A DNA stretch of 64,000 nt from Candidatus Krumholzibacteriia bacterium. GTDB taxonomy: Bacteria; Krumholzibacteriota; Krumholzibacteriia; JAJRXK01. Below the pieces are notes generated by a model. That model ran no database searches and was not told the origin of the DNA. It saw only the letters and a program-made list of their open reading frames with translations. Position 1 is the first letter of the stretch. Every line of letters starts with the position of its first letter. Both the position numbers and the translations under genes were made by a program. The stretch spans positions 1 to 64,000 of the forward strand of contig JBGPIA010000014.1 of NCBI GenBank assembly GCA_041484665.1, written 5' to 3'. Below are positions 30,336 through 39,894 of this stretch, piece after piece.

Positions 30336-31949
30336 TCAGGACGCGCCGGTTGGGATCGGCGCCCTCCACCCCCGCCGCAAGGCCGGCAACAGCGCGAAAG
30401 CCGGCAGCGCAAGCAGGAAGGTCACGGCGAAGTACGGGCCGAAGCCCAACGGCTGCGCGGCAAAGCCCGAGAAGGCGCCCGCGACCGAGCGAGACAGCCC
30501 GTAGACCGCTGACAAGAACGCGTACTGCGTTGCGGCGTGCGCCTTCTCGCACACCGACATGAGGAACGCCAGGAACGGCGCAGTGCCCAGCCCTCCGCAA
30601 AACGCCTCGAGCACCGCCGCCCCCCAGACCACCGGGCGGGACGGGTGAAGCGCGGCGAAGGCGTAGCCGAAGTTCGAGACGGCCTGGAACAGGCCCAGCA
30701 CCCACAGCGCCCGGAAGATCCCCCAGCGCGTGGTGAGGAATCCGCCCAGCAGCGCTCCGACGATATTGGCCGCAATGCCGAAGGTGCCCAGCAGCAGCCC
30801 GATCTCGGTCGCCGACAGGTGCGCGCCGCGGTCGAGAAACGGAAACGTCATCATCGTCATTGCCGCGTCGCCCAGCTTGAACGTCAACGCGAACAGCAGG
30901 ACCGCGAGCACGCTGGGGCGCGCCAGCAGGCGGCGCATGCCGTCGTCGGACGCGCGGGCCACGCTGCCGGTGGCGGGACCAGCGCTGCCCGCCACGCCCG
31001 CCGTGCCCGCCACGTCCGCCCCGGCCGCCGCACGAGTCGACCGCGCCCCACGCAGCGCCAGTACACCAGCCACGATCAGGCCGATCAGCACCGCCAGCGG
31101 CGTGCGCAGACTTGTCGCCGCGCCGGCACGTCCCGCGAGAGCGTAGAACGCCCCTGCCACCAACAATGGCACGCCCATGCCGAGCAGCAACGACCGCACC
31201 ATGGGCCCGGCGGCGCCCGCACCCAACTCCGCCGGGCGAGGCCGGACATACAATGTGCTTACGGGCCGGATCCACAATGTGCACGCGGCCAGCGCCGTGA
31301 GAACGAGCGCCGCCGCTACCCATGCCGCCCGCCAGCTCAGCATCCCCGCCACGATCGGCACGCCGCTGCCGGCGGCGATCAGCGCGACGCGATACGCCGT
31401 AACGCGGATCCCGTTGGCCGGACCCAGCTCGCGCTCCTCGAGCATCTCGATCGTACCGGCATCGATGGCGATGTCCTGCGTGGCCGAGAGCAGCGCAACG
31501 CCGATCACCAGCGCCCAGATCAGCGGCGAGACCGAGCCACCGAATCGCACCCCGAACGCCACCACCAGCAGCGCCATCAGCGCGAGACACGCCGCCATCC
31601 AGTGCCGCCGCTGCCCGAAGCGATCCACCAGCGGGGCCCACAGGAACTTGAAGGTCCACGGCAGCCCGGCCAGCGCCAGCAGCCCGATGTTCTGCAGGCT
31701 CACGCCGAGCTTGGAGAAGGCCAGCGGCATCGCGTTGTTCACCAGGCCGAACGGCAGTCCCTGGGCGAAGTAGAGGAGGGCAACCCAGCCGTAGCGGCGC
31801 ATGGAGCTGCGGCCCGCGGGAACGGCCGCGGCCACGCGACCGGGCAGGGCCATCGGCGGGGTGGCCGACGGGGTGACCGGTGGGACGGCCGAATGGTTGG
31901 CCGGCGCGCCGGCCGGCGGCCCGGCCGGCGGCCGCGGCGCAGAGCTCAC
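30336..31949 (-). CDS. AmpG-like MFS permease (start 31949 GTG or 31802 ATG)
   Basis: LYFAQGLPFG, PWTFKFLWAPLVD, SATQDIAIDA, FKLGD, ATQYAFLS. Confidence 0.88.
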   Translation of the reverse strand: MSSAPRPPAGPPAGAPANHSAVPPVTPSATPPMALPGRVAAAVPAGRSSMRRYGWVALLYFAQGLPFGLVNNAMPLAFSKLGVSLQNIGLLALAGLPWTFKFLWAPLVDRFGQRRHWMAACLALMALLVVAFGVRFGGSVSPLIWALVIGVALLSATQDIAIDAGTIEMLEERELGPANGIRVTAYRVALIAAGSGVPIVAGMLSWRAAWVAAALVLTALAACTLWIRPVSTLYVRPRPAELGAGAAGPMVRSLLLGMGVPLLVAGAFYALAGRAGAATSLRTPLAVLIGLIVAGVLALRGARSTRAAAGADVAGTAGVAGSAGPATGSVARASDDGMRRLLARPSVLAVLLFALTFKLGDAAMTMMTFPFLDRGAHLSATEIGLLLGTFGIAANIVGALLGGFLTTRWGIFRALWVLGLFQAVSNFGYAFAALHPSRPVVWGAAVLEAFCGGLGTAPFLAFLMSVCEKAHAATQYAFLSAVYGLSRSVAGAFSGFAAQPLGFGPYFAVTFLLALPAFALLPALRRGWRAPIPTGAS

Positions 31950-33499
31950 GGCAGCAGGATCCCGGCGATGGTCGCCGTCATGAACGTGGCGATGCTGCCC
32001 ACGATCATCGCCATCAGCCCCAGCCGCGCCAGGTCGTGGCGCCGCGTGGGCGCGATGCCCGAGATGCCGCCGATCTGGATGGCGATCGAGGCGAAGTTCG
32101 CGAACCCCGACAGCGCGTATGAGCAGATGACCATCGACCGATACGAAAGCGGCTGGCCGGTCTTGAGGATCTCGGACATCTGCAGGTAGGCGACAAACTC
32201 GTTCACCACGGTCTTGATGCCGATCAGCTTTCCCACCGTGAAGCAGTCCTGCGTGGGGACGCCCATGATCCAGGCGACGGGCCACGACAGCGCGCCCAGC
32301 AGGCCCTCCAGCGATGCGCCGTGCACGCCGACCAGCTTGCCGCCCCACTGCACGACCGAATTGAGCATCGCGATCAGAGCGATGAACGCCAAGAGCATCG
32401 CACCGACGTTCAGCGCCAGCGTGAGTCCCTCGGAGGCGCCGCGGGCAGCCGCATCCAGCACGTTGGCGTCGATCTTCTCGCCGTCCATGCGGATCTCCCG
32501 GCCGGCCGTCTTGGGCGTCCCCCGTTCGGGGAGCACGATCTTCGAGCAGACCAGGGCGGCCGGCGCTGACATCACCGACTGGGCGATCAGGTGCCCCGCG
32601 ATATCGGGAAAATACGGACTGAGCATCCCCACGTAGGCCGCCAGCACGCCGCCGGCCGTGTTGGCGAAGCCGCCCACCATGACGGCCATGAGCTCGCTCT
32701 GGGTCATGTCGGCCACGTAGGGCTTGACCACCAGGGGGGCCTCGGTCTGCCCGACGAAGATGTTGGCCGCAGTGGACAGCGTCTCGGCACCGGAAGTCCT
32801 CATCGTGCGCTGCATGGCCACGGCGAAGACCCACACGACCCGCTGCATCAGCCCGATGTGGTACAGGATCGTCATCAGCGACGAGAAGAAGATGATGGTG
32901 GGGAGCACTTGAAAAACGAAGTTCTGCAGCGGGCTCTCGATGTGGCCGGTGATGAAGGAGCGAAACAGGAAGTTGGTGCCCTGCTGCGTAAAGCCCAAGA
33001 GCGCCATGGTCGCGTCGTTGAGCTTGTCGAAGATCCACAGTCCCGGCGCCGTCTTGAGTACGAAGAAGCCGAACAACAACTGCAGCGCGAGCCCCCACGC
33101 CACCAGCCGCCACGGCACGTGCCGGCGGTCGCGCGACAGGAGCCAGCAGATGCCGACGAACGCGACCAGGCCCAGAAACGAGATCGCGCGCTGGACGGGC
33201 GTGGACGGGACGTGCTGCGCGCGGCGGCGCGCGATCTCCTCCTGGATGGCCTGGGAGGGAGGTGCGGGGGCGGCACCGGAGGCGGCGCTGGAGTCGGGGC
33301 CAGAAGTGAGGGCGGCCGCGGGGCTGGAGTCGGCGCCGGTGGCGGGGCTGGAGATCGCGTCGGCTCCCGGTGCGCCCGCGGGCAGCGAATCCCGCGGCGC
33401 GACCGCAGCGATGGCCATCAGGCCGACGGCGCCCAGGACACCGCAGCAGACCAGGAAGAGCCAGATGCGCAGGCTCCGGCGCAGCGGAAGCGATCGCAT
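31946..33499 (-). CDS. NupC/CNT-family nucleoside transporter with N-terminal extension
   Basis: VLPTIIFFSS, SGAETL, NIFVGQTEAP, SVMSAPAA, NEFVAY, GFANFASI. Confidence 0.92.
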   Translation of the reverse strand: MRSLPLRRSLRIWLFLVCCGVLGAVGLMAIAAVAPRDSLPAGAPGADAISSPATGADSSPAAALTSGPDSSAASGAAPAPPSQAIQEEIARRRAQHVPSTPVQRAISFLGLVAFVGICWLLSRDRRHVPWRLVAWGLALQLLFGFFVLKTAPGLWIFDKLNDATMALLGFTQQGTNFLFRSFITGHIESPLQNFVFQVLPTIIFFSSLMTILYHIGLMQRVVWVFAVAMQRTMRTSGAETLSTAANIFVGQTEAPLVVKPYVADMTQSELMAVMVGGFANTAGGVLAAYVGMLSPYFPDIAGHLIAQSVMSAPAALVCSKIVLPERGTPKTAGREIRMDGEKIDANVLDAAARGASEGLTLALNVGAMLLAFIALIAMLNSVVQWGGKLVGVHGASLEGLLGALSWPVAWIMGVPTQDCFTVGKLIGIKTVVNEFVAYLQMSEILKTGQPLSYRSMVICSYALSGFANFASIAIQIGGISGIAPTRRHDLARLGLMAMIVGSIATFMTATIAGILLP

Positions 33500-33647
33500 G
33501 GGGCCGCAGTATAGGCCATCGCCCCCGCGGGCCCAATCGCTGTATATGAGGACGCGTGATGCCCGCGGCCCGCCGGGCGTCGAGTCGGTGAGCGGCGCAG
33601 GTGGTGGGCGCGCCACGGGCGGTGGGCGCAGCGCCGGCAGCAAGCGC

Positions 33648-33780
33648 AGCACTGCCGGCGGGTACGGCGCCCCGCCAGCGGGCGCGGCGGGTTTAGCACT
33701 GCCGGCGGGCACGGCAGGCGCCGCCAGCGGGCTCGGCGGGTTCAGCGCTGCCCGCGGGCGCGGCAGGCGCCGCCAGCGGC
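33648..33780. repeat. Intergenic 47-49 bp tandem repeat, about 2.8 copies
   Basis: AGC(A/G)CTGCC(G/C)GCGGG...CGCCAGCGG restarts at 33648, 33695, 33744. Confidence 0.75.
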
Positions 33781-34274
33781 TACAGTTTCAGGTCGCCGCT
33801 CATCTGCTGCGCCTTGCGCTCGAATCTCTTCTCCAGCGGCAGCAGCAGTGCCAGCACGACCAGCGAGATCAGCGTGCCGGTGACGGCCAGCGGGTAGAGC
33901 GCGCAGCCGGCCGCCGTGCCGACGGCAGCGGCCATCCAGATGGTACTCGCCGTGGTGAGCCCCCTGATCTCCATCCGCTCGCTGAGCTTCAGGATCGTCC
34001 CGGCACCGAGGAAGCCGATCCCGGCTGCGATGCCCTGGATCACGCGGCTGACGTCGGACGTCGTGGTCGGCTGGGTGCCCGGCGGCAGGTGCATCACGGA
34101 CAGCTCCGCGCTGGTGGCGACGAAGATGGCAGCCCCCAGGGCGACCATCATGTGCGTGCGCAGGCCGGCCCAATGGCCGTGGATCTGCCGCTCGATGCCC
34201 AGCAGGGCCCCCAGCGCGCTGGCCACGGCCAGGCGGATGAGCATATCGATGTTGGAATGCGCGATCACGTTCAT
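33780..34274 (-). CDS. MgtC/SapB-family membrane protein
   Basis: LGIERQ, AGLRTH, SRVIQGIAAGIGFLGAG, GLTTAS.W. Confidence 0.9.
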   Translation of the reverse strand: MNVIAHSNIDMLIRLAVASALGALLGIERQIHGHWAGLRTHMMVALGAAIFVATSAELSVMHLPPGTQPTTTSDVSRVIQGIAAGIGFLGAGTILKLSERMEIRGLTTASTIWMAAAVGTAAGCALYPLAVTGTLISLVVLALLLPLEKRFERKAQQMSGDLKL

Positions 34275-34357
34275 GGTCTTTGTCCCGCGGGGACCTGCGG
34301 CGCGGTTCCCGGGCACTGGATACGCGCCCATGCCCGCGTCCGCCGGCACCCGCGCGC

Positions 34358-36529
34358 TCAGGTGCCCAGCAGCGCCTCCAGCTCCTTCACCGTGTCGGCG
34401 AAGCGTTTCAACGCGGCTTCGATGGGGGCCGGCTGCGTGAGGTCGACTCCCGCCAGCTTCAGCAGCTCTAGCGGCGGGCGCGAGCAGCCGCCCGAGAGCA
34501 TCTGCAGGTAGCCGTCCACCGCCTTGGGACCTTCCGCCTTCATGCGGTAGGCGATGGAGATGCCGCTCGCCAGCCCCGTCGCGTATGTGTAGACGTAGTA
34601 CTTGTAGTAGAAGTGCGGGATGTAGGCCCACTCCATCCCATCGTTCTCGCCCAGCGTATAAGCCGGCCCGTAATAGCGGTGGATCAGGTCGGTGTAGAGC
34701 TGCTCGAGCGCCGTTGCGTTCACCGACTTGCCCGTCTCCACCATCTCATGCGCTTTGCGCTCGAACTCCGAGAAGAGCGTCTGGCGGTAGATCGTCGTGC
34801 GGATGCTCTCGGCACGTTTGGTGAGGAGGTAGGCCTTCTGCGCCTTGTCCTTCGCGGCGGTGATCAGGGCGTCGGCCAGCAGTGCCTCATTGCAGGTGGA
34901 GGCGATCTCGGCCAGGAACGGAACGTAGCGGAACGAGGAGTACGGCTGGTGGGTCATGGCCAGGTGGCTGTGCAGAGCGTGGCCGTACTCGTGGGCGAGC
35001 GTGAACATGTCGTCCAGGCTGTCCTGATAGTTGATCAGCACGTACGGGTGGCTCCCGTACACGCTGGAGGAGAACGCCCCACTGCGTTTGTCCTTGGACG
35101 GGTAGAGATCGAGCCATCCGTTGTGCGGGTCCAACCCCGTCTGCAGCACGTCGATGTAGCTCTTCCCCAGGGGCGCCAGCGCGCCCTCGATCGTGGTGCG
35201 GGCCTGCTCGAAGGGGATCTTGAGGTCCACCTGCGGCACGAGTGGTGTGTACAGGTCGTACAAGCGCAGCTCGGATACGCCGAGCACCCGCTTGCGCAGC
35301 TCCATGTAGCGGTGCAGCGGCTCGAGGTTCGCGTTGACCGTAGCGATCAGGTTGTCATGCACCGCCGTAGGGACGGCGTCCTTGTCCATGTAGGCAGCCA
35401 ACGCGGTGTCGTACCCGCGGGAACGCGCGTAGGTCACGTCGAGCTCCAACTGACCGGCCAGCGTGGCCGCCAGCGCGTGTTGGTACTGCCGCAAGGTCGC
35501 CAGGAACGCCTCGACGGCCTCCTTGCGCACTGCGCGGTTCTTCGAGAGACGGAACGCGCCGTAGTTGGCCTGCGTGAGCTGGATTTCCTTGCCCTGGTCG
35601 TCGTGCACCTTCGGCCACTGGATGTCGGTCAGCATGGCCGTAAACGCGTCCTCGTACCCCGACGGGATCTCGTTGAGGTCGATCTCGGCCCAAAGGTTGT
35701 CACCGGCCAGCACCAGGACGCGCTCGGCGTCGGCGGAGAGCGCCCGGCTCTTGCGCCGGCGCAGGTTGTCCAGGTAGGGCTTGTGCTTGGCCAGTCCCGG
35801 CTGCGCTCCGTAGGCCGCCGCCATCTGCGCGTCGGACAGCGCGAGCAGCTCGCTGCGCAAGAACGTCGCCTGCCCCATCAGCTCGTCCATCAAGGCCAGG
35901 CTGCGGTGCTGCAGCGACTGGAGCGCGTCGTTGGAGAGCGCGGTCGAGGTCTGCAGGTTGGCGTACAGCGTTGCCCGATTGATGCGGTCGTGGAGGCTGA
36001 AGTACAGCTCCATGCAGCGCGCCAGCGCCGCCGGGTCGGCCAGCTTGCCCTTGAACTCCGCGAGCTGCTTCAGCTCGCCCGAGAGCGCGGTCATCGCCTG
36101 GTCGGACGCCTGGTCGGAGGCGAACAGCGGCGCCAGGTCCCAGGTGTACAGGCTGGGGATTTTCGCGCGCTCGACGGTGGCGTCGGGGGTGTAGGCGGGG
36201 ATGGCTTCCGCCGCTGGTGTCGGCTTCGGCGCCGCAGCCGTGGGGTCGGGCGCCGCAGCCGTGGCCTGAGACACCGCAGCGGTGGGCTGAAACGCCGCAA
36301 CCGTCGCGGGCTGACCGGCGGGCGCCGGGGCGGGCGCGGCAGCCGACGCTGCGGCGTCCGGCATGGCCGCGAGCACGGTGGCCGCGAGCAGCAGCGCAGC
36401 CGCCAGCCCGGCGGCCGCCGCGCCCGAGCTGGCCAGCGCGTGCGAACCGTGCGCCGGATGCCGGGAACACCACGACGAAGACCACGGCGAATACAATGAT
36501 GCGCGCAGCGAACGGATCCACGTTTCCAT
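34358..36529 (-). CDS. pepF: Oligoendopeptidase F (M3B) with signal-peptide-like, Ala/Pro-rich N-terminus
   Basis: TWDL, KRSGAFS, HPYVL.NY, AHEYGHALH, AEIASTCNE, WAYIPHFY. Confidence 0.9.
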   Translation of the reverse strand: METWIRSLRASLYSPWSSSWCSRHPAHGSHALASSGAAAAGLAAALLLAATVLAAMPDAAASAAAPAPAPAGQPATVAAFQPTAAVSQATAAAPDPTAAAPKPTPAAEAIPAYTPDATVERAKIPSLYTWDLAPLFASDQASDQAMTALSGELKQLAEFKGKLADPAALARCMELYFSLHDRINRATLYANLQTSTALSNDALQSLQHRSLALMDELMGQATFLRSELLALSDAQMAAAYGAQPGLAKHKPYLDNLRRRKSRALSADAERVLVLAGDNLWAEIDLNEIPSGYEDAFTAMLTDIQWPKVHDDQGKEIQLTQANYGAFRLSKNRAVRKEAVEAFLATLRQYQHALAATLAGQLELDVTYARSRGYDTALAAYMDKDAVPTAVHDNLIATVNANLEPLHRYMELRKRVLGVSELRLYDLYTPLVPQVDLKIPFEQARTTIEGALAPLGKSYIDVLQTGLDPHNGWLDLYPSKDKRSGAFSSSVYGSHPYVLINYQDSLDDMFTLAHEYGHALHSHLAMTHQPYSSFRYVPFLAEIASTCNEALLADALITAAKDKAQKAYLLTKRAESIRTTIYRQTLFSEFERKAHEMVETGKSVNATALEQLYTDLIHRYYGPAYTLGENDGMEWAYIPHFYYKYYVYTYATGLASGISIAYRMKAEGPKAVDGYLQMLSGGCSRPPLELLKLAGVDLTQPAPIEAALKRFADTVKELEALLGT

Positions 36530-36575
36530 CGCCGACCCCCCTACCTGGCCTGCTCGACTCGATGTTGTCGCGGCC

Positions 36576-37955
36576 TCAACCGCCCACCGGAGCGAACCGG
36601 GCGGTGAAGTGCCGCAGGAACGGCGCCTGCTCGACGATGCGCATGCCCCGGATCGAGCTCTTGCGCGCCGCGACCTGCAGGATCGCCTCCACGACATAGT
36701 CCACGTGGCTCTGGGTGTAGACGCGGCGCGGGATGGCGAGCCGCACGAGCTCCATGGGCGCCTGCGTCTCCGCGCCCGTCTGCGGGTCGCGGTGGCCGAA
36801 CATCACCGAGCCCACCTCGACCGAGCGGATGCCCGCCTCGAGGTAGAGCTCGTCCACCAACGCCTGCCCAGGATACTGGTTGGGCGGAATGTGGGGAAGC
36901 ATGGCCTTGGCGTCGATGTAGATGGCGTGCCCCCCGGGCGGCTGGACGATGGGCACGCCCTCCTGGGAGATGTGCTTGCCCAGGTACGCGGTCGACGCGA
37001 TGCGGTACTGCAGGTAGTCCTCGTGCAGCACCTCCTCCAGGCCGATGGCGATCGCCTCCAGGTCGCGCCCGGCCAGCCCGCCGTAGGTAGGAAAGCCCTC
37101 GGTCAGGATCAGCAGGTTGCGCTCCTGCTCGGCGAGCTTGTCGTCGTTGGTGCACAAAAAGCCGCCGATGTTGGCCAGCCCATCCTTCTTGGCCGACATG
37201 GTGCAGCCGTCGGCCAGCGCGAACATCTCCCGCGCGATCGCCTTGACCGAACGGTCGGCGTAGCCCCGCTCGCGCAGCTTGATGAAGTAGGCGTTCTCTG
37301 CGAAGCGGCAGGCGTCTAGGTAGAGCGGGATGCCATGGGGCGCCACCACGTCGCGCACGGCGCGGATGTTCGCCATCGAGACCGGCTGACCGCCGCCGGA
37401 GTTGTTGGTGATGGTGAGCATCACCAGGGGGATGCGCTTGGGCCCCACCTCGGCGATCAAGCGCTGCAGCGCCTCCACGTCCATGTTGCCCTTGAACGGG
37501 TGCTGCACCTGCGGCTGCAGGGTCTCGGCGATGGGCAGGTCGCGGGCGATGCCGCCACGATACTCGATGTTGGCGCGCGTCGTGTCGAAGTGCGTGTTGT
37601 TGGGGACGACATCTTCCTCGTCGCACAGCAACGAGAACAGGATCCGCTCGGCGGCGCGGCCCTGGTGCGTCGGGATGACGTGCTTGAAGCCGAAGACACT
37701 CGCCACCGCGTCGCGGAAGCGATACCAGCTCTGGCTGCAGGCGTAGGCCTCGTCGCCGCGCATCACCCCGGCCCACTGCTCGGCGCTCATGGCAGCGGTC
37801 CCGCTGTCGGTGAGCAGGTCGATCAGGACGTCGTCGGACTTCACCAGGAACAGGTTGTATCCGGCCTGCTCCAGGATGTGGGCACGCTCTGGGCGGGTGG
37901 TCATCCGGATGGGCTCGACCACCTTGATCTTGAAGGGCTCGATGATCGTCTTCAT
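36576..37955 (-). CDS. tnaA: Tryptophanase / tyrosine phenol-lyase family PLP beta-eliminating lyase
   Basis: EPFKIKVVE, IDLLTDSGT, HQGRAAE, HFDTT, MSAKKD, EGFPTYGGL, LRHFTARF; substrate (Trp vs Tyr) not certain. Confidence 0.85.
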   Translation of the reverse strand: MKTIIEPFKIKVVEPIRMTTRPERAHILEQAGYNLFLVKSDDVLIDLLTDSGTAAMSAEQWAGVMRGDEAYACSQSWYRFRDAVASVFGFKHVIPTHQGRAAERILFSLLCDEEDVVPNNTHFDTTRANIEYRGGIARDLPIAETLQPQVQHPFKGNMDVEALQRLIAEVGPKRIPLVMLTITNNSGGGQPVSMANIRAVRDVVAPHGIPLYLDACRFAENAYFIKLRERGYADRSVKAIAREMFALADGCTMSAKKDGLANIGGFLCTNDDKLAEQERNLLILTEGFPTYGGLAGRDLEAIAIGLEEVLHEDYLQYRIASTAYLGKHISQEGVPIVQPPGGHAIYIDAKAMLPHIPPNQYPGQALVDELYLEAGIRSVEVGSVMFGHRDPQTGAETQAPMELVRLAIPRRVYTQSHVDYVVEAILQVAARKSSIRGMRIVEQAPFLRHFTARFAPVGG

Positions 37956-38052
37956 CGCGCGTCCCGCAGAGCGTGAGGAGGATAGCAGAGATCGCGGCGG
38001 GGAGCGCCGCGATCTCGTGAAGGAAGCGATAAAGGGCCGGCCAGCGTCGTGC

Positions 38053-38232
38053 TCAGGCCTCGATCATCTCGATCGCCTGGTTCGCGCAGGCGTCCACGCA
38101 CGCCTGGCACTCGGTGCACTCCTCCGCGTTCACCTTCGCAAGGTCCTCCACGATGGTGATCGCCTCGGTCGGGCAAGCATCGATGCAGTCCTTGGCGGCC
38201 TTGCAGAGGGTGACGTTCACACGAGCAGGCAT
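38053..38232 (-). CDS. 2x[4Fe-4S] ferredoxin
   Basis: CKAAKDCIDACP and CTECQACVDACA motifs; AAGGAG RBS. Confidence 0.85.
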   Translation of the reverse strand: MPARVNVTLCKAAKDCIDACPTEAITIVEDLAKVNAEECTECQACVDACANQAIEMIEA

Positions 38233-38750
38233 GGCGTTGTCTCCTTGGCGTGGTCGATGGGGGATTGCTGCTCCACTCCCGCCGGCTGGCACCGCCACAG
38301 CAGCCGGCAGCGCCCGCTCCGCACGGCCCGGCCCCCGCGGGGGAGCCGGGCCGCCGGTTGGGAGTGCGCGCTCGCGCGCGCGCCACAAAGCAAGGATACG
38401 GGCCGCCGACAGGCAAGCTGCTCGCCAGGACCAGGCCGGCAGGCATCGGCGCGATGCGGTACGCCGCAGCTGCGGTGCGGTACTCCGAAGTCGCCCTGCG
38501 GCCTGTCGCGGGCGCGCTGCGGTGCGATGCGGTACTTCGGGGGGGCGATGTGGTGCAATGCGGCCCGCCGCGCATGCCGTGCGGTGAGTCGCAGGTGGGA
38601 CCCGCTGCACCGCGGACGCAGCCCGGCGCCGCGAGCGCGCGTACAGCAGGGCGCGCGCAGCGCGCTGTGCGCGGCTTGACCCGCGGCCTTTGGTTCCTAT
38701 CGTTGCGCCGGCAGAACGCTGCCCGCGTGCGCGGCCCCCGGCGGAAGAGT

Positions 38751-38766
38751 TGGCACGAAGCAAGCA
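38751..38766 (+). promoter_or_regulatory. Possible sigma54 promoter upstream of nfnA
   Basis: TGGCACGAAGCAAGCA: correct GG/GC spacing, but TT replaced by AA. Confidence 0.4.
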
Positions 38767-38826
38767 AATCCGGGGGCCAGCGCCCGCCGCGAGCGCGGCA
38801 CATCACAATTCCAGAATCGAGCGCCG

Positions 38827-39894
38827 ATGAGCAGCACGAGCATCACCAACAGCCCGACCCCCGGCGCCGTCGAGCACGCCTGTCTCTCGACGGGCACCAA
38901 GTTCGCGATCCTGCGCCGCAGGATCCTCACCGCCGGGCAGGACGGCATCCTGGAGCTCGTGATCGATGCTCCATGGATCGCCCGGCACGCGCAGGCCGGC
39001 CAGTTCGTCATCGTGCGCACGTGCGCGCGCGGCGAGCGCATCCCGCTGACGATCGCGGCCTACGACCGCCGCGCCGGCACCATCACCCTGATCTTCCAGA
39101 TGGTGGGCTACTCGACGCGCCTCATGGGCGAGCTGCGCGAGAAGGACACGCTGCTGGACGTGCTGGGCCCGCTGGGCACGCCCATCCCCATCCACAAACA
39201 CGATCGTCCCGTCGTCTGCATCGGTGGCGGCGTGGGCGTCGCTCCGATCTGGCCCAAGGTCAAGGAGCTCCATGAGATCGGCAACGAGGTGATCACGATC
39301 ATCGGGGCGCGCACCAAGGACCTGCTGATCCTCGAGGACGAGCTGCGGCCGATCTCGTCGACGCTGCACGTCACGACCGATGACGGCAGCTACGGGCGCC
39401 ACGGCTTCGTCACCGCCGTCCTGCACGACATCCTGGCACAGCGCCACGGCCAGCTCGCTCTGGTGATCGCCGTGGGTCCCTTGCCCATGATGGAGGCGGT
39501 GGTCAAGGAGATGGCGGGCAAGGGCTTTCGCGACCCCTACGATCCCGCCCAGCACTACGACCCCGCGCGAATTCCGTGCATCGTGAGCCTCAACCCCATC
39601 ATGGTGGACGGAACCGGCATGTGCGGAGGCTGCCGCATCGGCCTGTGGGACTTCTCCAAGGGCCGCTACGAGGCCCGCTTCTGCTGTGTGGACGGCCCCG
39701 CCTTCGATGGCTACGCCGTGGACTTCGCCGCGCTCACGCAGCGCAATCGCCAGTACGCAGCCCACGAGGAGATCGCGCGAGAGAGCATCCGGGAGGGCGT
39801 CGCCCCACAGACGGCTTTGGAGCGCGTCGCGTTGCACGGCATCGCCCAGGAAAAGGTGGTGGCAGGGCATGGACCGGCCAAACAGCGTGGATGA
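38827..39894 (+). CDS. nfnA: NfnA/SudB electron-transfer subunit (ferredoxin:NADP+ oxidoreductase)
   Basis: AGQFVIVR, GERIPLT, GPLG, GGGVG, TDDGSYG, MVDGTGMCGGCR, CVDGP.F. Confidence 0.88.
   Translation: MSSTSITNSPTPGAVEHACLSTGTKFAILRRRILTAGQDGILELVIDAPWIARHAQAGQFVIVRTCARGERIPLTIAAYDRRAGTITLIFQMVGYSTRLMGELREKDTLLDVLGPLGTPIPIHKHDRPVVCIGGGVGVAPIWPKVKELHEIGNEVITIIGARTKDLLILEDELRPISSTLHVTTDDGSYGRHGFVTAVLHDILAQRHGQLALVIAVGPLPMMEAVVKEMAGKGFRDPYDPAQHYDPARIPCIVSLNPIMVDGTGMCGGCRIGLWDFSKGRYEARFCCVDGPAFDGYAVDFAALTQRNRQYAAHEEIARESIREGVAPQTALERVALHGIAQEKVVAGHGPAKQRG

Noticed and set aside
30336..33536. Apparent 1066-aa ORF suggesting a NupC-AmpG fusion
   Set aside because: NupC is in a different frame and stops at 31946; the genes only overlap by GTGA.
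35700..36521. Alternative hydrophobic N-terminus implying a pepF frameshift
   Set aside because: The pepF frame is continuous from ATG 36529 and has its own signal-like segment.
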